A stretch of DNA of 64,000 nt, from the sequence record NZ_CP102839.1; one strand, 5' to 3'. Numbering within the stretch: position 1 is the first letter of the stretch; each line of letters starts with the position of its first letter. Below are positions 17,216 through 26,576 of the stretch, in pieces. The notes under the pieces are model-generated. The model was not told the origin of the DNA, searched no databases, and was given only the letters and a program-made list of their open reading frames with translations. Made by a program: the position numbers and the translations under genes. This DNA comes from a plasmid.

Positions 17216-17243
17216 CGGCGCTCATGGAAGCGCCGTTTTTTTT
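17216..17243 (+). terminator. rho-independent terminator closing the leading-region array
   Basis: ggcgctcatggaagcgcc stem followed by T8. Confidence 0.65.
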
Positions 17244-17263
17244 AACTTTCAGCAGGGGGAATT

Positions 17264-17605
17264 TCACGCCTGGACTGGCGTTTTATCATCAGTAGATGAA
17301 GAGACCCGCTTTCTCTGACGTGTTCTTTTTCCTTCAGTAATCTCTTTTAAATCTTTAAGCGTCACGTCATGAAAACCAAAGTTTTTAAGGTGCTCAAGGA
17401 TTTCGCTGAGTGTGTATCCCTTGTTTTTAATCAGCGTCTCAATATCACTTTTCAGGGAATCAAGTACATCTCGTTTCTGTAATCTTTCTTGCGTCACATC
17501 TGGGAGTTCAGCCAGCTGACCTCGAATAGATTCGATGTCTGTTGTGCTGTACAGCTTCGATTTTTTGGCAACCATTCTGGAATCCTCCACCGGAAAATTT
17601 TTCAT
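17264..17605 (-). CDS. hypothetical Lys-rich protein adjacent to oriT
   Basis: MKNFPVEDSRMVAKKSKLYSTTDIESIRGQLAELPD... has a basic C-terminus. The ORF-track start 17683 is an upstream extension. Confidence 0.4.
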   Translation of the reverse strand: MKNFPVEDSRMVAKKSKLYSTTDIESIRGQLAELPDVTQERLQKRDVLDSLKSDIETLIKNKGYTLSEILEHLKNFGFHDVTLKDLKEITEGKRTRQRKRVSSSTDDKTPVQA

Positions 17606-17689
17606 TGTATCTACCGAAAAAATCATTACAAGCAGAGCAGAATTTTCTGCGTAAAAATTTGGATAACCAGCTCCGGAAATCATAATCCC

Positions 17690-17972
17690 TTAGCGTTAGA
17701 GGAAGCGTAGCCTATCCCGTTCTCTGTGAAACACAGGCGATGATGTGCCTTGCATGAATATCAATATACCTGAACTAGCGCAGCGTACTCCCTTTGTCAT
17801 CTGGCATACAGGTTGCAAATTTGCTAAACTCATTCGCGAAGTTCAAAAGCGGGACAGGATATGTTTTGTATTACCGCCACCACGGTGGCAGCAATCCAAA
17901 ACTCCTGGTCAGGGCGAAGCCCCGACACCCCAGACTGTGCTAACTGTTGGACTGAAAGGAAGATTTAGCGTC
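17690..17972. promoter_or_regulatory. putative oriT / nikA promoter region
   Basis: Non-coding region immediately upstream of nikA, where oriT lies in R64-type systems. Contains the palindrome gccaccacggtggc around 17870-17885. The nick site is not identifiable by eye. Confidence 0.3.
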
Positions 17973-18284
17973 ATGAGTAAGAGTGAGCGACGTAACAGAA
18001 CAGCCACTCTTCCGCCGGTAAGGTGCCTTCCGGAAGAGCGGGATGAGATACGTCAAAAGGCGGAGGATGCGGGTCTCAGCATAGGTGCATTTATGCTTAG
18101 GGCTGCGTTAGGAAGGAAGATTGCTCCGCAGACAGATCACAAGCTCATTAACGAACTCTCACGTCTTGGCGGTTTACAGAAGCATCTCTTTAAAGAAGGG
18201 AACGGGGTCGGCAGTAAGGAGTACGCAGAGATACTGCAGGCCATCAAGGCAGCCATTTTCAGGATAGAGCAAAAGAACGACTAA
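17973..18284 (+). CDS. nikA: NikA-like ribbon-helix-helix relaxosome accessory protein
   Basis: MSKSERRNRTATLPPVRCLPEERDEIRQKAEDAGLSIGAFMLRAALGRKI..TDHKLINELSRLGGLQKHLF..G...GSKEYAEILQAI parallels R64 NikA (RHH core, TD...L.EL.RLG..QKHLF, KEYAE). The ORF-track start 17745 is an upstream extension. AAGGAAG RBS. Confidence 0.75.
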   Translation: MSKSERRNRTATLPPVRCLPEERDEIRQKAEDAGLSIGAFMLRAALGRKIAPQTDHKLINELSRLGGLQKHLFKEGNGVGSKEYAEILQAIKAAIFRIEQKND

Positions 18285-18286
18285 AT

Positions 18287-20215
18287 ATGAACGCCATCAT
18301 TCCACCCAAACGTCGCGACAGAAAGTCCAGCTTTGTTCAGCTGGTCGCGTATGTTTCCGTGCGTGATGATGTTCCGTTAAAAGACGAGCTGAAAGAAGAC
18401 GAGCGTTTCCAGCGTCCGTCGCGTTCCCGCCAGGCCATTTTTGATCGCCTTGTTGACTACATGAACCGTAGTGAAGGAACGATCATTGAACAGATTTCTG
18501 ATATGACTCCTGAAGGTGATATACGCTGTTCTGTTGACGGTGTTATCTGCCAGCATAACCTGATGTCAGTTGAAACAGCTGCAATGGAGATGAACAGCAT
18601 TGCCATGCAGAACACGCATGTTAAGGACGCGGTTTATCACTATATCCTGAGCTGGCAGGAAGATGAAAATCCATCTGACGATCAGGTTTTTGACAGTGTT
18701 AAACACTCACTCAAACGCCTGGGTATGGAAGAGCACCAGTACGTAGCGGCGATTCACCGTGACACGGATAATCTGCATGTTCATATTGCTGCTAACCGCG
18801 TTCACCCGGTTTCTTATCGCGCGGCTAATGTCTGGAATGACGCGGATAAACTTCAGCGTACCTGCCGGGAACTGGAACTGAAGCACGGATTTAAAGTGGA
18901 TAACGGAAGCTGGGTTCGTGATGCTGACAACAACATTGTGCGGGCCAGAAAAGGGTATCGCAATGCACCACGTTCAGCGCGACAGCTTGAACACTTCTCT
19001 GATAAAGAGTCCCTTCATCATTTTGCAGTCCAGCATGTTCGTAAGCCTGTTAATGCCATGTTCCGTGAGAAGAACGCGTCATGGGAAAAACTGCATCAGG
19101 TCATGAATGATGCTGGTTTAATGTTAGAGACTTCCGGCAAAGGGCTGATCGTGCGTGATGTGTGTGGCGACGAGAAACTGGCCGTTAAATCATCGCGGGT
19201 TCACCCTGGTATGACGCTTTCCCGTCTTGAGCCTGCGCTGGGAACCTTTGTTCCCTCACCACGTTCTGCGGAAATGGTTAAGCAAAGTGTTCAGACGTCT
19301 TACAGTGACAAACTGCATGTCCGCGATCGTGGTGCCCGTGCGGAGCGCCGGCAGGCACGCGCTGACGCCCGTATCGATTTGCGCGAACGCTACGAGAAGT
19401 ACCGCAACGCCTGGAAAAAACCTGACCTTCATGCCGCTGAACGATTCCGGGCTGTGTCCGCTGCATTTAAAGAACAGAAGACCCATATCCGGGATAACGA
19501 GAAAGACGCGCATATGCGTAAGCTCATGTACCACATCGTGGAGTTTGAACGTGAGAAGTCGATGGCAGCGCTGCGTATTGCACTGAAGGCAGAACGCCAG
19601 AAGTTGTATGACGAGGGCATGATGCGGCCGCTGACCTACCGTGCCTGGACCGAACAACAGGCGCTTCACGGCGATCAGGCTGCGCTCAGTCAGTTGCGTG
19701 GCTGGTCTTACCGACAGAATCGTAAAAACCGGACACCGCAGGCCTCTGACAATATTATTTACTGTGCACCTGCAGATGACACCTCGTTGCTCAAAGCAGA
19801 TGGTTACGAGGCCCGCCTGCATCGTGACGGCGCGGTTGTCTATTCCCGCCAGGGGCAGGATGCCATCATTGATCGGGGAGACCGCGTTGAAGTCATTAAT
19901 CCGTATGATGACGGTGACCTCAACACGCGCATTGCCGTTGACATGGTGGCCTGGAAATCAGGCGAGCGTGTCGAATTCAGCCGGGATGGCAGTTTCGCTT
20001 ATGCTGCCGGCGATGCGGTGGCTGCACACAACCTGCATCATCGTGACAGTATCATCGTGCCGAGTGACCGGGAACAATACGACTATACGCGGGAGAAGTT
20101 TAACCAGCTGAAAGGCCGGTATACGGACAGTGAACGGGAAGCACTTCGTCAGCAATATGACGATCGTTATTACGACGATGTTCGCCACAATGACGACAGT
20201 AGTTATAAGCCATAA
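18287..20215 (+). CDS. nikB: MOBP-family relaxase (NikB-like)
   Basis: ...AIHRDTDNLHVHIAANRVHP... is the 3-His HxDxDNxHxH relaxase motif. It sits directly after nikA. 642 aa, shorter than R64 NikB at roughly 900 aa. Confidence 0.8.
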   Translation: MNAIIPPKRRDRKSSFVQLVAYVSVRDDVPLKDELKEDERFQRPSRSRQAIFDRLVDYMNRSEGTIIEQISDMTPEGDIRCSVDGVICQHNLMSVETAAMEMNSIAMQNTHVKDAVYHYILSWQEDENPSDDQVFDSVKHSLKRLGMEEHQYVAAIHRDTDNLHVHIAANRVHPVSYRAANVWNDADKLQRTCRELELKHGFKVDNGSWVRDADNNIVRARKGYRNAPRSARQLEHFSDKESLHHFAVQHVRKPVNAMFREKNASWEKLHQVMNDAGLMLETSGKGLIVRDVCGDEKLAVKSSRVHPGMTLSRLEPALGTFVPSPRSAEMVKQSVQTSYSDKLHVRDRGARAERRQARADARIDLRERYEKYRNAWKKPDLHAAERFRAVSAAFKEQKTHIRDNEKDAHMRKLMYHIVEFEREKSMAALRIALKAERQKLYDEGMMRPLTYRAWTEQQALHGDQAALSQLRGWSYRQNRKNRTPQASDNIIYCAPADDTSLLKADGYEARLHRDGAVVYSRQGQDAIIDRGDRVEVINPYDDGDLNTRIAVDMVAWKSGERVEFSRDGSFAYAAGDAVAAHNLHHRDSIIVPSDREQYDYTREKFNQLKGRYTDSEREALRQQYDDRYYDDVRHNDDSSYKP

Positions 20216-20496
20216 AAACCGCTTCGGTGCAGCATTAAAACGACAGAGCATCTGAGGGGATGTCAGGGTATTTGACTTTGCTGTCGCAGGCGGATCTGAA
20301 GGGAATTTCCCCCTGTCCCCACAAGCGTACGCTGATGGCCAGACAGGGAGTGCCAGGAAAAGTTATAATTGTCGCTGAAAGTAATGACCATCCGCCATTC
20401 TTTATGGGGGCGGGTAGGATCGTTGCCTTACACTAAACTGCCCCCCCCAGGAAAATCATTTACGGATACAATGCTGGCCTTGATTTTGTGTCCGAA

Positions 20497-22191
20497 CTAT
20501 TTATCTGAATATATTTTCTCGATACTTTTTCGTATATCATTAAGCCTGACTGGTTTTGTAAGAAGCTCAACCCCATCAACTGGACTCTCGCTGGAGTAAG
20601 CGCTGATGAAAATAAATGGCGTTTGTGTGTTGGGACCTGAGCCTGTTTTTACTGCCATATAAAGCTCGTCGCCATTCATGATTGGCATTTGCAGGTCACT
20701 AAGCACAAGATCGTATGGTTTACGTCGCAACTTCTCCAGCGCCCTTTCCGGAGATGAGGTATATTCTACTTGAAATATACCCTGTAAAATTGATGCGAGC
20801 GACTCACAAACCAACTCATCATCATCAATTATCAATATGCTGAGGTCGTTAGCCGTAAAACCTTCATTTCGAATAACATCGGAAATAGCCAATTCTTCTT
20901 TAGTCGATTTTTTTACAGGCAGCGTTATTCTGAATAGACTTCCAAGCCCTAACTCACTTTTGACACTTATACGTCCATTCATTGTTTTGACAACCCCCAT
21001 AACAATGGCAAGCCCCATACCAAATCCGGGGACTTTTACTCCATCAGCTACTCGTATGAAAGGGAGGAATATCGATTTTAGTTTATCCTTTGGGATGCCT
21101 CTTCCTGTATCTTCAACCTCTATGACAAGTGTTCTATCACCTTCTAAAAAAGCATTTATAGTTATGTGACCTTTGTCGGTGTACTTTATGGCATTAGTTA
21201 CTAAGTTTTCTGTGATCTGTGCAATCCTGAAAGGGTCGCTTATTATATGACTATCGCTAATATTGCCTATTCTAATATCAATAGAATGTTTATTGGAAAT
21301 TGATTCACATTCGCTAACTGTATCTTTTATAAGTTTGGCAAGATTGAATGATATGTTGTTTACCACTATATTTCCATTGTCAACCTTAGCGAACTCTGCC
21401 AGGTCTTTCATCTGGTTTTCCATCCTCTTCGCGGCATTCTCCAGTCTTTCAATATGTTTTGAATCCAATTCTGAGTTTTTTAAGGATATTATTTCAATTG
21501 AAGATGTGATTGCCTGTAGAGACGTTTTTAATTCATGGCCTAATGCACCCAAAAAAGCATTTTTATTATTAAATGCAGCTTTTTCAGCTTCTAATAATTT
21601 ATTGGTTTTATATAGCTGAAAAGCTACTATGATAAACATAGCAAAGATTAAAACTGTTACGATTGCCAGCAAAATAATAAGGCTTTGCCTTTTTTCTTTA
21701 AAATCCTCAAGGGCTTTTGTTCTTTGATTGACCTCCGCATGGTCTGCTATATTGTTCAATGATTTTGAGTCTGGCTCGATTTTATTGACTAACTCAATAA
21801 CTTTTTCAATGTTTGGGTTAGGGGTGTTTATATACGAGTCTACCGCTTTTATTTTGTAATAAATAGAATCAATAATCTGCTTGTACCCCTCTTGATTATA
21901 TAAAGGCTCTGTCGACTCACTCCTTGCTCTAATAACATGAATGCGGGAATAAAGGATATCTAGCTTTAATCGGATTTTATCCATATCTTTGTCTTCGCTC
22001 TTAACAAGAGAGTAAAACTCAGACAATTGGATTGAAAACTTTGCAATAGCCCATGCATAGTTTTCCTGAGTGCCGCTTATGGCATAAAAAGACTTGTCAG
22101 ACAACATAGAATCGTATCTAACTATTGTCGATACAACAAAAGTTAATGTAACTGCCATTCCAGACAAAAGAATAAGGAATTTCTTTTTCAT
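20497..22191 (-). CDS. hybrid sensor histidine kinase (2 TM + periplasmic sensor, HisKA-HATPase-REC)
   Basis: H-box LGALGHELKTSLQAI, N-box LVTNAIKYT, G-boxes DTGRGIP and GFGMGLA, and a C-terminal receiver ILIIDDDELV...LVLSDLQMP. Two hydrophobic segments flank a roughly 150-aa periplasmic region. Local GC is about 30%. Confidence 0.8.
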   Translation of the reverse strand: MKKKFLILLSGMAVTLTFVVSTIVRYDSMLSDKSFYAISGTQENYAWAIAKFSIQLSEFYSLVKSEDKDMDKIRLKLDILYSRIHVIRARSESTEPLYNQEGYKQIIDSIYYKIKAVDSYINTPNPNIEKVIELVNKIEPDSKSLNNIADHAEVNQRTKALEDFKEKRQSLIILLAIVTVLIFAMFIIVAFQLYKTNKLLEAEKAAFNNKNAFLGALGHELKTSLQAITSSIEIISLKNSELDSKHIERLENAAKRMENQMKDLAEFAKVDNGNIVVNNISFNLAKLIKDTVSECESISNKHSIDIRIGNISDSHIISDPFRIAQITENLVTNAIKYTDKGHITINAFLEGDRTLVIEVEDTGRGIPKDKLKSIFLPFIRVADGVKVPGFGMGLAIVMGVVKTMNGRISVKSELGLGSLFRITLPVKKSTKEELAISDVIRNEGFTANDLSILIIDDDELVCESLASILQGIFQVEYTSSPERALEKLRRKPYDLVLSDLQMPIMNGDELYMAVKTGSGPNTQTPFIFISAYSSESPVDGVELLTKPVRLNDIRKSIEKIYSDK

Positions 22192-22694
22192 TTTAGCACC
22201 GTAATTTTGTTAACCTGCCAAATGAATCTTGATAAATACAATGGGTTGTTTATCTCACTAGCGTGCTCATCGAGTGGGTATATAACGAAGTAAGGACCAA
22301 AATTTCTTACTTTAAGTTTTTTACCATTCATTTTGTAAGCAAAAATGATGTTGTAATTTTCAACATCTGAGACAGGGATATCTATTGAGTAATCATTTAG
22401 TGCGATCATTCTTAATGTTCTCCCTTGAGCACCGACTAACTTTAATATGTCTTTAACTCTAACACCCTCAAAATCTACTTTAGTTTTTGGTTTCGTCCAC
22501 GGTGTCGTTGTCTTTATGTGTGCCATTGGCATTTTAATAAAGTCATTGAATGTGAGTGTGTATCCAATGTCATTGTTTTTATGGCTAATCATTCCGTCAA
22601 TATTTATATCTTCAGTCGCAGCCATTGTTTGAGAGGTCACAAACAAAATCGTGGCGAAAAATGAAAGTTGAAACTTATGCATAAAATTCCTCAA
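22188..22694 (-). CDS. secreted periplasmic protein of unknown function
   Basis: MRNFMHKFQLSFFATILFVTSQTMAATED is a signal peptide. The stop overlaps the kinase start (ATGA), so the two are translationally coupled. Confidence 0.5.
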   Translation of the reverse strand: MRNFMHKFQLSFFATILFVTSQTMAATEDINIDGMISHKNNDIGYTLTFNDFIKMPMAHIKTTTPWTKPKTKVDFEGVRVKDILKLVGAQGRTLRMIALNDYSIDIPVSDVENYNIIFAYKMNGKKLKVRNFGPYFVIYPLDEHASEINNPLYLSRFIWQVNKITVLK

Positions 22695-23661
22695 ATTCTT
22701 TATTTAATACTTCCAGCATATAATCATCTTCGCTGCAATGAACACCTGCGGTATGGTTATTTCCGATATAAATTGATTCACATTTAGTATAGTAAAGACT
22801 ACGCAACTCAGGTTTGACGGTGGTAAATATACACCTTGTGGGTATATTAAAGCCTGCTCCTAAATGAAGCGCAGAAGAATCGCAGGTATACAAAAAACAT
22901 GCATGTTTTATGATTCCTGCGAAAGATAACGTATCACTGGATATGTTGCTTATATTAAAGAAATTAGGGTGATCTACGTCATTGAAACCTAATACTTTAA
23001 CGCCGAACTCGTGGCTCAATTCTTCAACAATTTCAACATGAAATCGTGAGGGGATGCTTCTTATCTTTGTACTCGCGTTAGGACAAAACAGTATATACTC
23101 CCCCAGATCAAAATCTGGTACATCTGTGTTTAAAAGCCAGGAGTTATTTTTGATGTTATCATTAATGCTTTTGGGGTTGATTCCAAGATTAGTTAGAAAA
23201 AAATCATGCATCTCGATGCTATCAAAATCTTCCCAATAAAGCTGATTTCCCATATCTATATTAACGTCTGTATGGTTGATTTTAGAGATGTCGAAAGGTA
23301 AGTATAATAACTTATCAATAATGCCTGATGCCATGTGATAAATTTGTTCGACATAGTCCTGGCAATGCTCCGGCCTAATCAATGTTATATGAATATCCGG
23401 ATTTATAGATTTAATTGCATGTAGAGCAGAGATTCCAATGATTGAATCTCCAAGGGTTACCCCTAATCCATTAATTATGGTGACTTTTTTTATTTTTTTA
23501 TAATCAACCTTAACCTTGTTTAATGCATTGTTATATACTGTTTTATATGCCAATGGTGCAAGATCACCAACAGGCTTTTTTTTATTCACTCCATAGGGAG
23601 ACACGATGTATCTCCCATTCAACAGAAGACTACCTGTATATTCTAATAAGCATCTGTTCAT
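22675..23661 (-). CDS. glycosyltransferase family 9 (heptosyltransferase-like)
   Basis: ...IINGLGVTLGDSIIGISALHAIK... and ...CDSSALHLGAGFNIPT... resemble the GT9 ADP-heptose:LPS heptosyltransferase signatures. Confidence 0.6.
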   Translation of the reverse strand: MNRCLLEYTGSLLLNGRYIVSPYGVNKKKPVGDLAPLAYKTVYNNALNKVKVDYKKIKKVTIINGLGVTLGDSIIGISALHAIKSINPDIHITLIRPEHCQDYVEQIYHMASGIIDKLLYLPFDISKINHTDVNIDMGNQLYWEDFDSIEMHDFFLTNLGINPKSINDNIKNNSWLLNTDVPDFDLGEYILFCPNASTKIRSIPSRFHVEIVEELSHEFGVKVLGFNDVDHPNFFNISNISSDTLSFAGIIKHACFLYTCDSSALHLGAGFNIPTRCIFTTVKPELRSLYYTKCESIYIGNNHTAGVHCSEDDYMLEVLNKEFEEFYA

Positions 23662-23663
23662 GG

Positions 23664-24509
23664 CTATTTGTTTGGAAAAAACTTATCTACATTTGATTTT
23701 ATAACGAAAGATTTTATAGGCTTTTCATAGGGGCCAATAATATCAAGTTCGTTAATAGCTCTTGAGATCTCGCTATCAACTGCCCCGGATAACTGTCCTG
23801 TTAAAACCATAACCATCGCATGCTTATTTCCTGATGATCTGATTTTTTTAATTGTATTGAAAACGGTTTTATTATCTACAATCCAATCTAATATGTATGC
23901 ATCGAACGGGGTTTGTTCGATAGCATCATCTAATTCATCTATACTATAGAATTCCTTTATTGTGTATCTATCCCCTTCAAGAAGAGATGATAGGCTCTGA
24001 ACGATATTTTTATCGTCATCAAGCACAGCAATTCTATGCTTTTCTTTGTCTATTTTTTTGGGAATAATTTCGATTAAATCAATATTCATTTTTGATTCAA
24101 ATAGCACATCATCACGGATACTGCTTGTTTTAACAACATGCCACACATCATTTATTTTTAATGCAGAGTAATTTGTCGGTTCCGATGGGTTTTCAGAAAT
24201 ATAGATCTTACAGGGCTCATTCAATTCCCCATCGCTCCAAACTGCCTCATGAACTTCAACATCCTTATTAGATTGTTCCTGATAGTAAAGTCGAAAAAAA
24301 TCATCCAGCCTCATACCAACGGAATGCACAACTTCAAGCAGCTGCTGAACTCGCCATTCACTTCCTCCTGCCAATTTTTTAGTGGCCGCAGTAGAAGACA
24401 TCTCAAGGACATGCCCCACATGCATTGAATGTTTCTTCTCCGGTACGCCACCACTCGTTAGAACTTTTGCAACCAGATCTCCGACCCAGTTTGTGTTGTT
24501 ATTCATCAC
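23664..24509 (-). CDS. atypical response regulator: N-terminal HTH + C-terminal receiver domain
   Basis: N-terminus ...HVGHVLEMSSTAATKKLAGGSEWRVQQL looks like an HTH. C-terminus RIAVLDDDKNIV...AYILDW...MVLTG looks like a REC domain. The domain order is inverted relative to classical OmpR/NarL-type regulators. Confidence 0.55.
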   Translation of the reverse strand: MMNNNTNWVGDLVAKVLTSGGVPEKKHSMHVGHVLEMSSTAATKKLAGGSEWRVQQLLEVVHSVGMRLDDFFRLYYQEQSNKDVEVHEAVWSDGELNEPCKIYISENPSEPTNYSALKINDVWHVVKTSSIRDDVLFESKMNIDLIEIIPKKIDKEKHRIAVLDDDKNIVQSLSSLLEGDRYTIKEFYSIDELDDAIEQTPFDAYILDWIVDNKTVFNTIKKIRSSGNKHAMVMVLTGQLSGAVDSEISRAINELDIIGPYEKPIKSFVIKSNVDKFFPNK

Positions 24510-25115
24510 TTTTCACCTCTTGTTTGGAGCGTCACGCATAAAGTAACTACAGGTATAAGGCAGAGGCATTTTATCAGTAAAAACAATCTTTTCCGATAAC
24601 TTTACTCCTAAAGGTTTTAACCTGAGGTTGTGAATTAGCTGTTTATCTCAACCACAGGTTGACATGTACAGATGGTTCTATAACATATGCGTTAGAGTTA
24701 CACATATGCACAACCTGGGGTTGGTTTGTTGCTGTGGCTATAAAACAGCGCCTGGGAAGGGGTGAGCTCGAAGTTCAAAAAGGGATGTAAGTCAGTAGCT
24801 ATTACGCCGTGGCTTGCCCATCACTTTTTTGTATACGCAACAATGTTGGTTTTTTTAAATTGCTCTTTAACAATGTGTAAAATCGAATTGATACAGAGTT
24901 CCTATTTAGACCCCTACGCAAAAATGCGACGTATCAAGCGGGACGATCTGTCGCTTGAGAAGGTTACCTCTGCGAAAGCAGACGTGGAACGGGCAACACT
25001 GATACGGTAAACGAAGTATCTAGCGTAATTATAAAGTATTGATTAAAGCCCACTGAAGAGTGGGCTTTGCTTAATCACTTTTATATGCCTTCCGGCAAAA
25101 GCAAGAGGAGAAATA

Positions 25116-25343
25116 ATGGCAATTAATGCGCCGCCTGAAAAAAGAAAAAACCGTACATCAGATAATGTCATTTACATTGGTGCTGAACGTAAAGATAGAA
25201 TAGATCAAATGACTATTGAGATTTCTTACAGTACCAAGAAGAAAGTCTCTACAGCTCGTTTTTTCCAATTTTTAATTGATCATTATGGAGAAAATGCAAA
25301 GAATGAATTTATTGAAGCGATAATAAAGTCGGATGATTCCTGA
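25116..25343 (+). CDS. hypothetical 75-aa protein (AT-rich)
   Basis: Strong RBS AGGAGAAATAATG. MAINAPPEKRKNRTSDNVIYI... A small DNA-binding or RHH-like role is possible. Confidence 0.4.
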   Translation: MAINAPPEKRKNRTSDNVIYIGAERKDRIDQMTIEISYSTKKKVSTARFFQFLIDHYGENAKNEFIEAIIKSDDS

Positions 25344-25456
25344 CCTTATCTAAGTTTCCGTCTAGCACCTTTCCTGACGTATCTATGTATATTACTTTGT
25401 TTTCTATCAAGTTAAGTGTTTCTGTCTAATACCCCCGTTTCATCGGAGCCATCATT

Positions 25457-26062
25457 ATGAAACATCTACTTCCAGGGCTGCTTATCCCCGCAGTTCTGGC
25501 TGGCTGTGTCTCACACTCAGCCAGCACTGACGCCCCTGCCAGCATATACATCGATGGTCTAATCGCAGACAGCGCTCAGACTATCAGCCAGGCCCAGACA
25601 GGCCTTCACCAGACAGGACCGAATCCGGCCCGACCGGTATCCCCTACTGCACTGATTAAACCGTTACCACCTTCAACGCCTGTCAGACCAGGAGTGATCG
25701 AACCTTACCGAAGCCCGTCCCTTCCGGTATCGCAAAACGTTCAGCTGCCGGCACTGAGCCATGTTTCCTACAACGGGCGCCCGGGACCTTTATCATTCCC
25801 GCAACGCGCTGGTTACGCCCGGAACATTACCGTTCAGGATGCCGCACAACGCATCATTCCTGTCGGCTGGTCAGTCAACTGGTCCCCGGGTCTGGAAAAA
25901 GTGCGCCGGCAACGGGTGAACCTGTCTCTTAACGATCAGTGGCCGCGCGTACTCAATAATCTGGTCTCGGCGAAGTCGCTCTACGCGACGGTTGAATGGG
26001 GACAGTCACGAATCACGATAACCTCATACAGCCCCCGACCTCGTCTCTTCAGCCATCAGTAA
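25457..26062 (+). CDS. lipoprotein, first gene of the type IV secretion block
   Basis: MKHLLPGLLIPAVLAGCVSH gives a signal peptide plus lipobox. Confidence 0.5.
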   Translation: MKHLLPGLLIPAVLAGCVSHSASTDAPASIYIDGLIADSAQTISQAQTGLHQTGPNPARPVSPTALIKPLPPSTPVRPGVIEPYRSPSLPVSQNVQLPALSHVSYNGRPGPLSFPQRAGYARNITVQDAAQRIIPVGWSVNWSPGLEKVRRQRVNLSLNDQWPRVLNNLVSAKSLYATVEWGQSRITITSYSPRPRLFSHQ

Positions 26063-26074
26063 CGGGAGGGGTCC

Positions 26075-26554
26075 ATGAAACTGCCGGCAATTTTTCTTTG
26101 CTCCCTGCTTTTTCTGCCCCAGGCGCAGGCCTACTGTTTTAACTATGCCGCATCGAAGTACAACCAGAACCCGCTCGTCGTTGAATCCATCGCAATCTGG
26201 GAAAGCAGCCTCCGCCCTGACGCTGTCGGCCGTAACTACGATAAAGCCGGCAGGCTGCTCAGCTCTGATTATTGCCTCATGCAAATCAATACGGCGAACG
26301 TCCGGGCGCTGGTATCGATGGGTGTCATTTCTTCTGCTGACGATCTGTTAAAAGACCCGTGCTTATGTGTTCAGGCCGGCGCCTGGGTGCTTGCAAAACA
26401 CCTGAAAAAATGTGGTAACACCTGGCGTTGTCTCGGCTCCTATAACGCCGGTTTCTCAGATGACCCGAAACAGGAAATAAAACGTCAGAACTACGCCGCA
26501 GAAATCCGCTCCATCTACGAACGCCTGTACGCCAGGCAGCACCGTGCCAGTTAA
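26075..26554 (+). CDS. lytic transglycosylase (SLT domain)
   Basis: ...IAIWESSLRPDAV...SDYCLMQINTANV... shows the SLT catalytic ES and LMQIN signatures. Has a signal peptide. Confidence 0.8.
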   Translation: MKLPAIFLCSLLFLPQAQAYCFNYAASKYNQNPLVVESIAIWESSLRPDAVGRNYDKAGRLLSSDYCLMQINTANVRALVSMGVISSADDLLKDPCLCVQAGAWVLAKHLKKCGNTWRCLGSYNAGFSDDPKQEIKRQNYAAEIRSIYERLYARQHRAS

Positions 26555-26576
26555 ACCGCACAGACTGAGGTTCCCC

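Noticed and set aside
17073-17267. 64-aa minus-strand ORF
   Set aside because: It overlaps the + strand 43-aa ORF. The strong intrinsic terminator has + strand polarity (T-run after the hairpin), which favours + strand transcription here.
19256-19822. 188-aa minus-strand ORF
   Set aside because: It lies wholly inside the nikB relaxase gene on the opposite strand and has no independent support.
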